A stretch of DNA of 64,000 nt from Candidatus Calditenuaceae archaeon HR02. GTDB lineage: Archaea; Thermoproteota; Nitrososphaeria_A; Caldarchaeales; Calditenuaceae. The notes under the pieces are model-generated. The model searched no databases. It was not told the origin of the DNA and saw only the letters and a list, made by a program, of their open reading frames with translations. Both the position numbers and the translations under genes were made by a program. Shown piece by piece: positions 10,206-19,704 of this stretch (positions are counted from its first letter, which is position 1; each line of letters starts with the position of its first letter). The DNA is taken from positions 52,181 to 116,180 of the forward strand of contig BEHE01000004.1 in NCBI GenBank assembly GCA_002898395.1, read 5' to 3'.

Positions 10206-11399
10206 TTGCTAGCGATTAAGGGTGGAAGACCGGTCCGTTCAGAGCCGTTTCCAAGCTGGCCAGTCTGGGGTAGGGAGGAAGAGGAGATGCTCTTGTCGGC
10301 CCTGAGGTCTGGGGTTTGGGGGCTGGGAGGCCAGCTGGTGGAGCGGTTCGGCGAGGAATTTGCGGGCTATGCAGGGTGTAAGCATGGTGTACCCTGCATG
10401 AACGGCACCACAGCCTTGAAGATCGCCCTGAAAACACTGGGCATCGGCCCAGGAGACAGAGTGATAACAACGCCATACACGTTTGTCGCCACCTCCTCTG
10501 TACTAGTAGAGCTCGGAGCAATACCTGTTTACGTCGACGTAGTGGAGGGCGGGGTTAATATAGACTCAAGGCTTGTTTGGGAGACTATTGACAGCGGCGT
10601 AAAAGCCATCCTTCCAGTCCACGTGGGCGGGCATCCCGTGGAGATGGATCTAGTTCTTAAGGCCTCAGAAAGCCTGGGCGTGCCTGTGGTTGAGGATGCT
10701 GCAGAGGCCCATGGTGCCGAGTGGAAGGGTAGGAGGGTGGGGAGCCTGGGCGTTATGGGGTGTTTTAGCTTCCAGTCCAGCAAGGTGATGACGAGCGGTG
10801 AGGGGGGGATTATCACTTTGAATGACTCGGAGCTGGCGGAGACCTGTAGGGCCCTAGTAAACTGTGGACGGAGTCTTGGCAGGGACTGGTATGAGGGCGA
10901 TCTTCTAGGCTACAATTACAGGATGACAGAGTTTCAGGCAGCCATACTTCTGTCCCAGCTGAGGAGGTTGGATGAGCAGATCGAGAGGCGTCAGAGGAAT
11001 TTTGAGGAGCTGGCGAGGCTGTGCAGGGACTTGGAGGGGTTCAGGCTGATTACGCCCCCCCACGGCACTGATAGGACTCCCCACTACCTCGTTATAATTC
11101 AGGCGGATGGGGAGTACTTTAGGGGTGTCTCAAAACAGAAGATTGTTGAAGCACTACGTGGCGAGGGGGTACCTGCGTCGGTAGGATGGCCCATGCCGCT
11201 ATACCGCTTTCCACCAATCAAGAGATACCTTGAGCACCATGGTGTCAGAGTCAGTCAGGGCGAGTTTCCCAATACGGAGAAGGCGGCCTCCGAGTTTCTA
11301 TTCGTGCACCACAGGGTGTTGTTAGGTGGTCGTAGGGAGGTGGAGGATGTTTACAAGGCCTTGAAGAAGGTTGAACAGCACGCGGGTGAGATGGCATGA
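10206..11399 (+). CDS. DegT/DnrJ/EryC1/StrS PLP aminotransferase, RifK/BtrR-like subtype
   Basis: FPSWPVW, NGTTAL, EDAAEAHG, FSFQSSKVMTSGEGG (PLP Lys), GYNYRMTEFQAA. Confidence 0.9.
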   Translation: MLAIKGGRPVRSEPFPSWPVWGREEEEMLLSALRSGVWGLGGQLVERFGEEFAGYAGCKHGVPCMNGTTALKIALKTLGIGPGDRVITTPYTFVATSSVLVELGAIPVYVDVVEGGVNIDSRLVWETIDSGVKAILPVHVGGHPVEMDLVLKASESLGVPVVEDAAEAHGAEWKGRRVGSLGVMGCFSFQSSKVMTSGEGGIITLNDSELAETCRALVNCGRSLGRDWYEGDLLGYNYRMTEFQAAILLSQLRRLDEQIERRQRNFEELARLCRDLEGFRLITPPHGTDRTPHYLVIIQADGEYFRGVSKQKIVEALRGEGVPASVGWPMPLYRFPPIKRYLEHHGVRVSQGEFPNTEKAASEFLFVHHRVLLGGRREVEDVYKALKKVEQHAGEMA

Positions 11400-12646
11400 A
11401 TCTTTTAGTCTTTGAGGATGAGGCTTGGCGGAACTTTAAACAGCTCACGTACATTAGGCCCGTATACCGGATATTCACCACCAACGGCCCCCTCATAAAA
11501 AACATCTTGAAAAACTTCAGGGATGTCAAGGTGTACACCTATGCGAGAGAATACTTGGGGAGGATAGAGAATGAGCGCGACCCATCAGTGAAATTCAATT
11601 CAATCCCTGAACATGATGAGGAGGCCCTATTAATTAATGGGCTGGCAAGGAGGCCTGAACTCGTAGCCTCGCTCGCCGAGAAAACAGGGGGGCGCGAGTT
11701 CATCCTCTTGGCTGAGGGCAGGTTTCTAGCAGCTAGGCTGAGAGGCGAGAGGGTTGCAGAGGTCGAGAAGCCTGCCGACATACTGGAGAGGTTGGCCTCG
11801 TTAATAGGTGTAGTTGAGACACTCGAAGCTCCTGCAGAGTCCATCTACCATTATCCATGGGAGGTTTTAGACGGCCAGCGTCTATCTGCTCCACGTTTAG
11901 AGGGGGAGCTCCAGCTTGACAACAGGGTTGCAGTCCTCGGTGACCCGGCAAGCATGTCTATTCCGGCAAGCTGTGAGGTCGAGCCCTTCACCGTAATCGA
12001 TACGCGGAGGGGGCCAGTCATCCTGGGCGAGCGTGTGAAGATTGAGTCTGGGACCAAATTGATCGGGCCATGTGTTATTGGTGAAGACTCGATAGTTTAT
12101 GGCGGGAGGGTGGGGCCGCATCTCTACACCGGCCCAGTCTGCCGCATATCGGCAGAGATAGAATACGCCATAATGTATGGCTATAGCAATAAGCACCACT
12201 ATGGGTACATCGGGCACTCCATTATCGGGGAGTGGGTCAACATAGCCGCGGGAACTACTACGTCAAACCTCAAGACGACTTACGGCGAGATAAAAGTGAT
12301 CCTCGACGGGAGAGTCATCCACACTGGGAGACAATTCCTAGGCTCAGTGATAGGAGACCATGTACGCACTATGATCGATACATCCATAATGACGGGAAAG
12401 CTGGTCGGGCCATTCAACGTCCTAAGCGGCGTGGTGGCCAAGAACATTCCACCCTTCACAGGGATTAATTTCAATAGGGAGATGTATGAGCTCGAGCTGG
12501 AGGCTGAGCTTAGAGTCATGGAAAGGATGATGAAGAGAAGGGGGTTAAAGCCTAGTGAAAACTACTTAGAGCTTATAAGTCATCTCTACGAGCTCACTAG
12601 GCCTGAAAGGAAGGATCAGCTGGGGCACAGGACCGACCATCCTTGA
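11396..12646 (+). CDS. GlmU-related putative sugar nucleotidyl/acetyltransferase with left-handed beta helix
   Basis: LTYIRPVYRI N-terminus, hexapeptide repeats, SNKHHYGYIGHSIIGEWVNIAAGTTTSNLK. Confidence 0.8.
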   Translation: MNLLVFEDEAWRNFKQLTYIRPVYRIFTTNGPLIKNILKNFRDVKVYTYAREYLGRIENERDPSVKFNSIPEHDEEALLINGLARRPELVASLAEKTGGREFILLAEGRFLAARLRGERVAEVEKPADILERLASLIGVVETLEAPAESIYHYPWEVLDGQRLSAPRLEGELQLDNRVAVLGDPASMSIPASCEVEPFTVIDTRRGPVILGERVKIESGTKLIGPCVIGEDSIVYGGRVGPHLYTGPVCRISAEIEYAIMYGYSNKHHYGYIGHSIIGEWVNIAAGTTTSNLKTTYGEIKVILDGRVIHTGRQFLGSVIGDHVRTMIDTSIMTGKLVGPFNVLSGVVAKNIPPFTGINFNREMYELELEAELRVMERMMKRRGLKPSENYLELISHLYELTRPERKDQLGHRTDHP

Positions 12647-13920
12647 GCAGCCCACCACGCTTCATACTCGTCGGATGCGGCCTAATGGGTAAGAGACATA
12701 TACGGGGGCTCGCGGAGGCTAGGCGGCACGGGCTATGCAGTGCGAGGCTTGTAGGTGTTATTGATAAGGTTCCCGAGAGAGCCTCGGAGGCCGCAGAGCT
12801 CGCTGAGAAGCTGCTTGGTGAAAGGCCAGCCGTTTTCACCTCGTTAGAGGATGCTATGAAAGGCGCCGAGCTTGAAGCAGCCGACATATGCACAGAGCCT
12901 GCCTCGCACCACTTAGTCGCCGAGCCACTCCTAGAGGCTGGTGTCAGCTGCCTCGTTGAAAAACCACTCTCAATAACTGTGAGAGGTTGCCGGCGGATCT
13001 TGGACGCCTCCGTCAGGGGTGGAGCAGTGCTAGCTGTTGCTGAGAACTATAGGAGAGACCCCGTAAACAGGTTGGCCAAGGCCGTCATAGATGGTGGCGA
13101 ACTGGGCCGCTGGATTGGGGCTCTGCATATAATTGCCGGTGGAGGAGATGCTGTACTATTGTCCGCATGGAGGCATAAACTGGCTGGAGGAATATTGATC
13201 GACCTTTGCTGCCACTACATGGACATCTATAACTATTTTTTCGGGGCGCCGGAGAAGGTGTCTGGGTTCGCCGCACTCCTCAGAAAAGTGAGGTATGCCA
13301 GAGAAGCCGGAGGCTTGGCTGTGAGGAAAACCCCGGTTGAGGCGGAGGCCGAAGACTCCCTCGACGCGACTCTACACTACAGAGATGAAATCGTTGCTAA
13401 ATTCATCGCGAACCTCGCCGTCACTGGCGAGGGTGTTTGGCATAGGCTTGTCTTCCTTGAGGGCGGCTCAATAGAGATACCAATGGAGAGGACGGGTGAG
13501 CCGCTGAAAATCTCCAAGCCTCTTGACCAAGACTACCTCGAATTGATGCCTCACACAACATTCCTAGGTCAGAAGCCGGGAGAGCCTTATAAAGTCTCAC
13601 CAACCGCAGCGGAGGAAATCTATGACAGGGAGACCAGAATCCTCTTTCCCGGAATACTCAACGGGTATAGAATGGACTTCTGGGAGGCGGACCGCAAGCT
13701 AATAGCGCTGGAGCTCGCTGACTTCTTCCACTGCGTAGAGGAGGGGGGAGTCCCTGAGACTGGAGGTAGGGAGGGGATGCTCTCAGTAGCCATGGTTATT
13801 GCAGCTCTCGAGTCATCCTATGCAGGGAAAAGTGTCAGGCTCGAGGATGTGCTGGACCTCAAGATTGAGGGTTATCAGGAAAGGGTAAACAGAGAAATCG
13901 GGCTAATCTCAGATAAATAG
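12643..13920 (+). CDS. Gfo/Idh/MocA family oxidoreductase
   Basis: GCGLMG Rossmann motif, VEKPLS, AENYRRDP, DLCCHYMD. Confidence 0.9.
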   Translation: MSSPPRFILVGCGLMGKRHIRGLAEARRHGLCSARLVGVIDKVPERASEAAELAEKLLGERPAVFTSLEDAMKGAELEAADICTEPASHHLVAEPLLEAGVSCLVEKPLSITVRGCRRILDASVRGGAVLAVAENYRRDPVNRLAKAVIDGGELGRWIGALHIIAGGGDAVLLSAWRHKLAGGILIDLCCHYMDIYNYFFGAPEKVSGFAALLRKVRYAREAGGLAVRKTPVEAEAEDSLDATLHYRDEIVAKFIANLAVTGEGVWHRLVFLEGGSIEIPMERTGEPLKISKPLDQDYLELMPHTTFLGQKPGEPYKVSPTAAEEIYDRETRILFPGILNGYRMDFWEADRKLIALELADFFHCVEEGGVPETGGREGMLSVAMVIAALESSYAGKSVRLEDVLDLKIEGYQERVNREIGLISDK

Positions 13921-13938
13921 AGGGGCTACACTATAGAG

Positions 13939-14565
13939 TTGGCTATGGAGATAGCGATAGGTGTGGCGTCTTTTCAGGGAGACGTCGAAGAACATTTAGC
14001 CGCATTGAGGGAGGCTGTGAAGAAAATAGGGGTCAGAGGCACTGTCTCCACTACAAGGCTACCTGAGGAGATTGAGAGCGTGGACGCCGTAGTGATTCCG
14101 GGCGGTGAGAGCACGGTTATAGCGAAGCTATCAAGCTACAAAAAATCCCTAGACGTGCTTAAGAACAGAATCAACGAGGGGCTGCCCGTGCTAGGCACGT
14201 GTGCAGGACTGATAATGCTGGCTAGAAGGGTTTACGACCGCGTCGTCGGGGAGACTGGACAGCCGGTCCTCGGAGTCCTAGACATACTTGTTGAGCGCAA
14301 CACCTATGGGAGGCAGAGAGACTCCTTTGAGGCCCAAATCGATATACCTGCTCTCGGATTGAAGTCGTTCAGGGCCGTCTTCATAAGGGCACCAGCAATA
14401 CTTGAGACAGGTCCCGGAGTAGAGGTTCTAGCCAGCTTTGCGGACAAACCTGTAGCTGTGAGACAGGGCAACATACTGGGGACCACATTCCACCCCGAAT
14501 TATCTGGAAGCACAGTGTTCCACGAGGAGCTGATAAGGCTCGCAACCAGCTACAAGTCTCGATAA
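13939..14565 (+). CDS. pdxT: Pyridoxal 5'-phosphate synthase glutaminase subunit
   Basis: PGGEST, GTCAGLI, RNTYGRQRDSF, VFIRAP, FHPEL. Confidence 0.95.
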   Translation: MAMEIAIGVASFQGDVEEHLAALREAVKKIGVRGTVSTTRLPEEIESVDAVVIPGGESTVIAKLSSYKKSLDVLKNRINEGLPVLGTCAGLIMLARRVYDRVVGETGQPVLGVLDILVERNTYGRQRDSFEAQIDIPALGLKSFRAVFIRAPAILETGPGVEVLASFADKPVAVRQGNILGTTFHPELSGSTVFHEELIRLATSYKSR

Positions 14566-14608
14566 GCTACATCATAGTAAAATAAAGGGAGCGGAGGTCT
14601 TAGATGAG

Positions 14609-14929
14609 TTGGGAATAAAGATGCTTGAGAAGCTCTCAGAGAAGAGAAACGACGTGATTGGTAGAAGCGAGCTTAAGCTCTCGGCCTTGGTTGAGAGTGG
14701 CACCCCGAGTAGGGGGGATGCCCTTAAGGCTGTCTCCGATTGGCTGAAAGTCGAGGCAAACAGGATATCTATCGTGAAGATAGAGCCAAGCTTCGGCTCG
14801 CCGAAATCCCTTATACATGTCAGGGTATACGACTCTCCCCACACATTAATGCTCTTCGAGCCTCGATATAGGCTTGTCAGGCTAGGCGTGATCCAGGCTG
14901 AGAAAGATAAGGGGAAAGCGGCGGCATAG
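14609..14929 (+). CDS. rps24e: 30S ribosomal protein S24e
   Basis: RNDVIGRSE, GTPSR, FGSPKS..VRVYDS, EPRYRLVR pattern. Confidence 0.8.
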   Translation: MGIKMLEKLSEKRNDVIGRSELKLSALVESGTPSRGDALKAVSDWLKVEANRISIVKIEPSFGSPKSLIHVRVYDSPHTLMLFEPRYRLVRLGVIQAEKDKGKAAA

Positions 14930-15001
14930 AGGCCGGCAAAAATGTAATTATTGGATATGTATTTAAGTAGTCGTCATTTTTCATACGTCGGGTGACCATA
15001 G

Positions 15002-15349
15002 TTGGCAATGCCTGAGCCCGAAGACGAGGAGCTTGAGGAGATCCGGCGAAGGAAAATGGCTGAGCTACAGGCTCGGGCCGCACAGGAGGAGGCTAGGAGG
15101 CGAGCTGAGGCGGAGAAGGCAGCCATTCTACGCGTAGTCTTGACGCAAGAGGCCCGGCAGAGGCTTGCAAACATTCGGATGGCGCGGCCTGAAGTAGCCG
15201 AGGCGGTGGAGAACTACCTAGTGAACCTCGCCCGCTCAGGTAATCTTAAGTCCCAGATCACCGACGACCTCCTAAGACAGATTCTAGAGAAAGTGATGCC
15301 CCCGAAACGGGAGACTAAGATAGTGAGGATGAGCAGGGACGAGCTGTGA
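15002..15349 (+). CDS. PDCD5-like dsDNA-binding protein
   Basis: ELEEIRRRKMAELQ, LTQEARQRLANIRMARPE, ITDDLLRQIL. Confidence 0.92.
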   Translation: MAMPEPEDEELEEIRRRKMAELQARAAQEEARRRAEAEKAAILRVVLTQEARQRLANIRMARPEVAEAVENYLVNLARSGNLKSQITDDLLRQILEKVMPPKRETKIVRMSRDEL

Positions 15350-15398
15350 TCTCTAACACTCATATAGAGCTGGGTTAGAGACTAGATGGTGAGAAGGG

Positions 15399-15551
15399 AT
15401 GGCTAAGACTCTCCCGCTTAAGAAGCGTCTCGCCTCAGCCTTGAAGCGGGCCGAGAGTGTCCCTGCCTGGATAGTCCTTAGGACTGGCGGGGAGATTAGG
15501 ACAAGCCGTAGGCGAAGAAACTGGCGTCACTCAAGCCCTATTAAGCCCTAG
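15399..15551 (+). CDS. rpl39e: 50S ribosomal protein L39e (absent from the ORF track)
   Basis: Hand translation MAKTLPLKKRLASALKRAESVPAWIVLRTGGEIRTSRRRRNWRHSSPIKP. VPAW and RRNWR motifs, upstream of rpl31e. Confidence 0.92.
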   Translation: MAKTLPLKKRLASALKRAESVPAWIVLRTGGEIRTSRRRRNWRHSSPIKP

Positions 15552-15562
15552 GTGATAAGCTA

Positions 15563-15847
15563 ATGTCTCAACTCCGTAAGGAGGTAACATTGAACTTGAG
15601 GGAGGCTTACGAGGCCCCCAAGCTCCGCAGAGCAAAGCGGGCCTTGAACATTATACGTGAGAAGGCGGCTCGAATAGCGAAGACTGAGAGGGTGAAGATA
15701 TCGGAAGAGTTGGCTAGGTTCATCTTCTCCAGAAGCATTGAACGCCCTCCCAGGAAGGTTACGGTAGTCGTTGAGAAGGACGAGGAGGGTGAAGCTATTG
15801 TGAGCCTGGGGGGTGAGGTGGCTGCCGAGCAGGGCGCAGACCAATAG
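15563..15847 (+). CDS. rpl31e: 50S ribosomal protein L31e
   Basis: TLNLREAY..PKLRRAKRA, VKISEEL, RSIERPPRKV. Confidence 0.92.
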   Translation: MSQLRKEVTLNLREAYEAPKLRRAKRALNIIREKAARIAKTERVKISEELARFIFSRSIERPPRKVTVVVEKDEEGEAIVSLGGEVAAEQGADQ

Positions 15848-16511
15848 CGTACTTTTCGTCGACGTTTTTGGCACACCCTACATAGGTCTCTTCGCGGCGA
15901 ACAGTGAAGACCTCCTAATAGTTCCGCCTGGCCTCCCCCCTAGAAAGGTCGGACTCATGGCTGGCATTCTGGGCTCAGAACCCGTCCAAACATACATTGC
16001 GGGATCCATCCTTATAGGCCCGCTCGTCTGCATTAACAGCACCGGCGTCATACTGCCGAAAACGATCTTAGACGATGAAGTATCACAGATAAGGTCTGCA
16101 GCTCCCGACCTCAATGTCTACATCTACAGGGGTAAGGAGACTGCGATGGGTAATTTGGTGAGCGCCAACGACCACTGTGCCGTAATATCTCCAGACGTCC
16201 AGTCCGGCGAGGTTAGGGCAATAGCCGATACCTTGGGGGTGGAGGCCATATCCATGACAATTGCTGGTAGAAAGCATGTAGGCTCAATCTGCCTACTCAC
16301 CAACCGTGGGGGATTAATCCATGTCGATGCGACTGATGAAGAGGTTAGAGTCATCGAAGAGTACTCGAAGGTTAGGATCCTGAGGGCTACTGTGAACAAT
16401 GGAAACCTTTTCGTAAAGAGCGGAGTGCTCGCAAACACTAAAGGGGCCCTGATAGGGGCGAGGACTGTTGGGCCAGAGTTAATGACAATATCTACCGCAC
16501 TGGGTCTATAG
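15813..16511 (+). CDS. eif6: Translation initiation factor aIF-6
   Basis: GTPYIGLF, MGNLVSANDH, LTNRGGLIH, TVNNG, TVGPEL. Start could be CTG at 15822. Confidence 0.93.
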   Translation: MRWLPSRAQTNSVLFVDVFGTPYIGLFAANSEDLLIVPPGLPPRKVGLMAGILGSEPVQTYIAGSILIGPLVCINSTGVILPKTILDDEVSQIRSAAPDLNVYIYRGKETAMGNLVSANDHCAVISPDVQSGEVRAIADTLGVEAISMTIAGRKHVGSICLLTNRGGLIHVDATDEEVRVIEEYSKVRILRATVNNGNLFVKSGVLANTKGALIGARTVGPELMTISTALGL

Positions 16512-16597
16512 CACATCCTTAACCGGATGTTTCGGAATACTAAGACGTCTCAGAAACTGTATTTATATTATCGTTACACACTATTTGCCCTGAGGGA

Positions 16598-17050
16598 ATG
16601 AGTGTCAAGATATCCCGCGAAGACGTTGAACGGGCCCTATCGGAGCTGACAGTTTTAGAGAGGATAGCCCGCGAACTCCAGGCTAGGCTTCTAGCTTTAG
16701 AGAGCTCTATAGGCGAACACAATAGATGTCTAGAACTTCTCGACGAGATGGCGAAGTCCCAGGGCGAGATCAGGGGACTAATGCCGATTGGGGGAGGCGT
16801 CCTAGTAGAAGGTGTTATAACGAATCCAGACGTCTTCAAGGTAAACATAGGCGATAACGTGTTTATCGAGATGTCGTTAGATAAGTGTCGCGGCTGGCTA
16901 CTAGCTAGGAAGCAGAGGCTGGAGCAGGCGAGGGTAGAGGCTGGCCGGGCCTTACAGTCATATTCAGAGAGGATTGAGGCTATTAGAAGGTTTCTCGCCT
17001 CTATAGAGAAGGTTGCTGGCCCAGAGCCGGCTGGTGAGGGTGGAACCTAG
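16598..17050 (+). CDS. pfdA: Prefoldin alpha subunit
   Basis: Coiled coils flanking LMPIGGGVLV...VNIGDNVFIE hairpins, conserved gene context. Confidence 0.9.
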   Translation: MSVKISREDVERALSELTVLERIARELQARLLALESSIGEHNRCLELLDEMAKSQGEIRGLMPIGGGVLVEGVITNPDVFKVNIGDNVFIEMSLDKCRGWLLARKQRLEQARVEAGRALQSYSERIEAIRRFLASIEKVAGPEPAGEGGT

Positions 17051-17959
17051 ATGCTGGAGGGCCTCAAGAAGGCCTTCCAAACACTTACTGAAAGAGTTTC
17101 CAAGACAAGGCTTTCTGAAAAGGAGCTCAGAGACGCGCTCGAAGATTTCAAAATCCAACTAGTGAGCAGCGACGTCTCGATCGAGACATCAGAGCATATT
17201 GCTGAGCTTTTGAGGCCTAGGCTCGCGGAGGTTCAGGTTCCGCGATTTGGCGGTGGCGAAGAGACCATCATGAAGGTCTACCGAGATGTGCTCTCTGAGA
17301 TTCTGCTGGATGCTTCCCCTGAAAAACTGCTCGAAGAGATCAGGTTGAAGAAGGATACTAGTGGGGAGCCTTACGTCATACTTTTCGTCGGACCCAATGG
17401 AGGAGGGAAAACTACAACTATAGCAAAGATTGCATGGTGGCTCAAGAAGAATCGTTTAATTCCTGTTCTAGCATGTGCTGACACGTTCAGGGCTGCAGCC
17501 ATAGAGCAGGCGAAGAAATTGGCGGCACAGGTTGGGATTCGAGCAGTTAGTCAGCGATACGGGGCCGATCCAGCTGCGGTAGCTGTGGACACTATAATAT
17601 CTGCTAAGGGCGGACGGGAATCAGTGGTGCTGATAGATACGGCTGGCAGGAGTGAAGCGAAAAAGAACCTTCTCGAGGAGATGAAGAAGATAAAGAGGAC
17701 CTCAAACCCCGACTGTGTTATACTTGTGCTAGACTCATTGACTGGTTCCACAGCCCGCGAGCAGGCTCGGATATTCCATAACGATGTGGGGGTCAACTAT
17801 GTTATACTCACAAAGATGGATAGCGATTCAAGAGGTGGTCTGGCCTTAACCGTCTGCCACGAGATAAAGAGGCCGATACTATTCATTGGAGTTGGACAAG
17901 GTCTTGACGACCTAATACCATTCCAAAAAGAGTTCCTATTAGAGAGGATTCTAGCCTAG
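17051..17959 (+). CDS. ftsY: Signal recognition particle receptor FtsY
   Basis: GPNGGGKTTT, DTFRAAA, DTAGR, TKMD, GVGQ. Confidence 0.95.
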   Translation: MLEGLKKAFQTLTERVSKTRLSEKELRDALEDFKIQLVSSDVSIETSEHIAELLRPRLAEVQVPRFGGGEETIMKVYRDVLSEILLDASPEKLLEEIRLKKDTSGEPYVILFVGPNGGGKTTTIAKIAWWLKKNRLIPVLACADTFRAAAIEQAKKLAAQVGIRAVSQRYGADPAAVAVDTIISAKGGRESVVLIDTAGRSEAKKNLLEEMKKIKRTSNPDCVILVLDSLTGSTAREQARIFHNDVGVNYVILTKMDSDSRGGLALTVCHEIKRPILFIGVGQGLDDLIPFQKEFLLERILA

Positions 17960-19519
17960 GCTCCTTCTCATAACTGCGGACCTAAGAAGCTCTTCACCCG
18001 CTTCTTCCTCTCTACCCTCAAGCAGGGATATTAGGAAGTTCTCGACAGTGTTGACATATTTCCGGTCTGAGAGTGTCCATGGGCCGCATTTAATTCCGAG
18101 CATCTCCTCTGCCGTAGCTATATCCTCCATGTAGCTTGGTATAAAGCGTTCTAGAAAGTTAGGTCCAAAGACTTTCTGAACTTGCTGTCCCCGCTCTGCG
18201 AGGGTTGAGAGATTCTCCCAGCTAAAGTGTCTTGCGGCGAAGCTCAGATCATGGACCAAGTTGACATGAAGTTCCCTTACAGAATCATATTCCTCCTCCC
18301 CCAACTCTCTAAGGGCTCTTAAACCAATTAGCTCAGGGGGAAGACCTAGTGAGTAAAAGAATGCGGTAAAGGGTATGGCTCGGGGGAGTGTTGTCTTTCT
18401 AAATGACCTATAATAACTGAATAGACCTATGTGGAGTTTTCTAGCCCGCCTATGTGGTATGAAACGAGACTTTGAATTTACTTCTTCTGCAGCATTCTCA
18501 AGCGAGTCGCCGTAAATTTTCATGAGCGTTGAGATGGCACTCAATATTATCTCTTCGCCACCTCTATCTATCAAAATCGGGCTGCCATAGGGTAGGTGTG
18601 TATTTAGTCTTTCGATTGCTTTCATAGCAAGTTCGCTAGGATGGTCGTACCTAAACGCAGATTGAATGGTCACCGTCCATACTCCTGCATACTCCTCAAC
18701 AAACTTCTCTACATTGTTGGGCGAGTTGTGGCCCCTGAAGGGCAGGCATCCCGCTCCTATGATTGGATATATTGGTATGCCGAGCCTCTCACTTAGTGTC
18801 CTGCATTTTGAGAGGGCTATTTTTGCCAAGACCGTAGCGGTTATAAACCCATAGGTTAAAGCGGGGTCAGATCGCGCTATGAAAATTCTGAGATAAGGTG
18901 GTGCGAATAGCTCGACGTATTTGGTGATAATGTCGTCGATTTTTATAATAGTGCCCGCGTCCTCGAAGAGGGGAATTATCTCCAAGTCCTCAGGCGTAAC
19001 GTCTCCTAAAAGGTCCCTGAGCGTGAACCCCCTAAAGTCTATTGAGGCGCTAAAAGGTTCTACGACACACCGTCTGTAGACCTCTCTCACCCGAACCATG
19101 TCTGTGTGGCTGGATGTAAATGGGAGTATGACCTCGAAGACTACGGCCCTGTCGCCGTTGTAGAAGATGCGGGCTACGTCGTTGTGGCGTGGGATTGCTT
19201 GGAGGGACTCTAAGAAGACCTTCCTCTCAGCTATCTCTATCAGGGGATTAGGGACCCTGAACGTAAGGAATACATCGCGGCCTAGAACCTTCTCTCGGAA
19301 GTATTCCGGGTATGTGATTAGCAGCTTCCTCACAACGTAGGGATCTATATCCTTCCCCTCGGCATCCCACATGACCTCTTGGCAACCATACTCGGAGTAG
19401 GCGAGGTAGGCCTCTCTAACCTCGTCCTCTCCCGCTATCACCTCACCGCTACACCACGGGGGGGAGACCGCGTTGTCCGGGTGCTGAGACGCCATAGTCC
19501 TCGGAATTAGTCTCTCCAA
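17951..19519 (-). CDS. ppcA: Archaeal-type phosphoenolpyruvate carboxylase
   Basis: IPRTMASQHPDN, MWDAEGK, ARSDPAL, GCLPFRGH, LPRAIPFT. Confidence 0.95.
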   Translation of the reverse strand: MERLIPRTMASQHPDNAVSPPWCSGEVIAGEDEVREAYLAYSEYGCQEVMWDAEGKDIDPYVVRKLLITYPEYFREKVLGRDVFLTFRVPNPLIEIAERKVFLESLQAIPRHNDVARIFYNGDRAVVFEVILPFTSSHTDMVRVREVYRRCVVEPFSASIDFRGFTLRDLLGDVTPEDLEIIPLFEDAGTIIKIDDIITKYVELFAPPYLRIFIARSDPALTYGFITATVLAKIALSKCRTLSERLGIPIYPIIGAGCLPFRGHNSPNNVEKFVEEYAGVWTVTIQSAFRYDHPSELAMKAIERLNTHLPYGSPILIDRGGEEIILSAISTLMKIYGDSLENAAEEVNSKSRFIPHRRARKLHIGLFSYYRSFRKTTLPRAIPFTAFFYSLGLPPELIGLRALRELGEEEYDSVRELHVNLVHDLSFAARHFSWENLSTLAERGQQVQKVFGPNFLERFIPSYMEDIATAEEMLGIKCGPWTLSDRKYVNTVENFLISLLEGREEEAGEELLRSAVMRRSLG

Positions 19520-19587
19520 CCACTTGAAGAGCGAGAAGAACCATTATTTATCTTAATTAGAAGATAGTGTGTTGGACTGTTATAGAT

Positions 19588-19673
19588 GCCGGGGTGGCAG
19601 AGTGGATAATGCGCAGGCCTTGAGAGCCTGTGGCCCATTTCGGGCCGCGAGGGTTCGAATCCCTCCCCCGGCG
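19588..19673 (+). tRNA. tRNA-Ser(TGA)
   Basis: GCCGGGG/CCCCGGC acceptor stem, CAGGC-CT-TGA-GA-GCCTG anticodon arm, long variable arm, GGTTCGAATCC, G discriminator. Confidence 0.95.
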
Positions 19674-19704
19674 TTACTGTTAAATCATTAATAATAAGCA
19701 TGAA

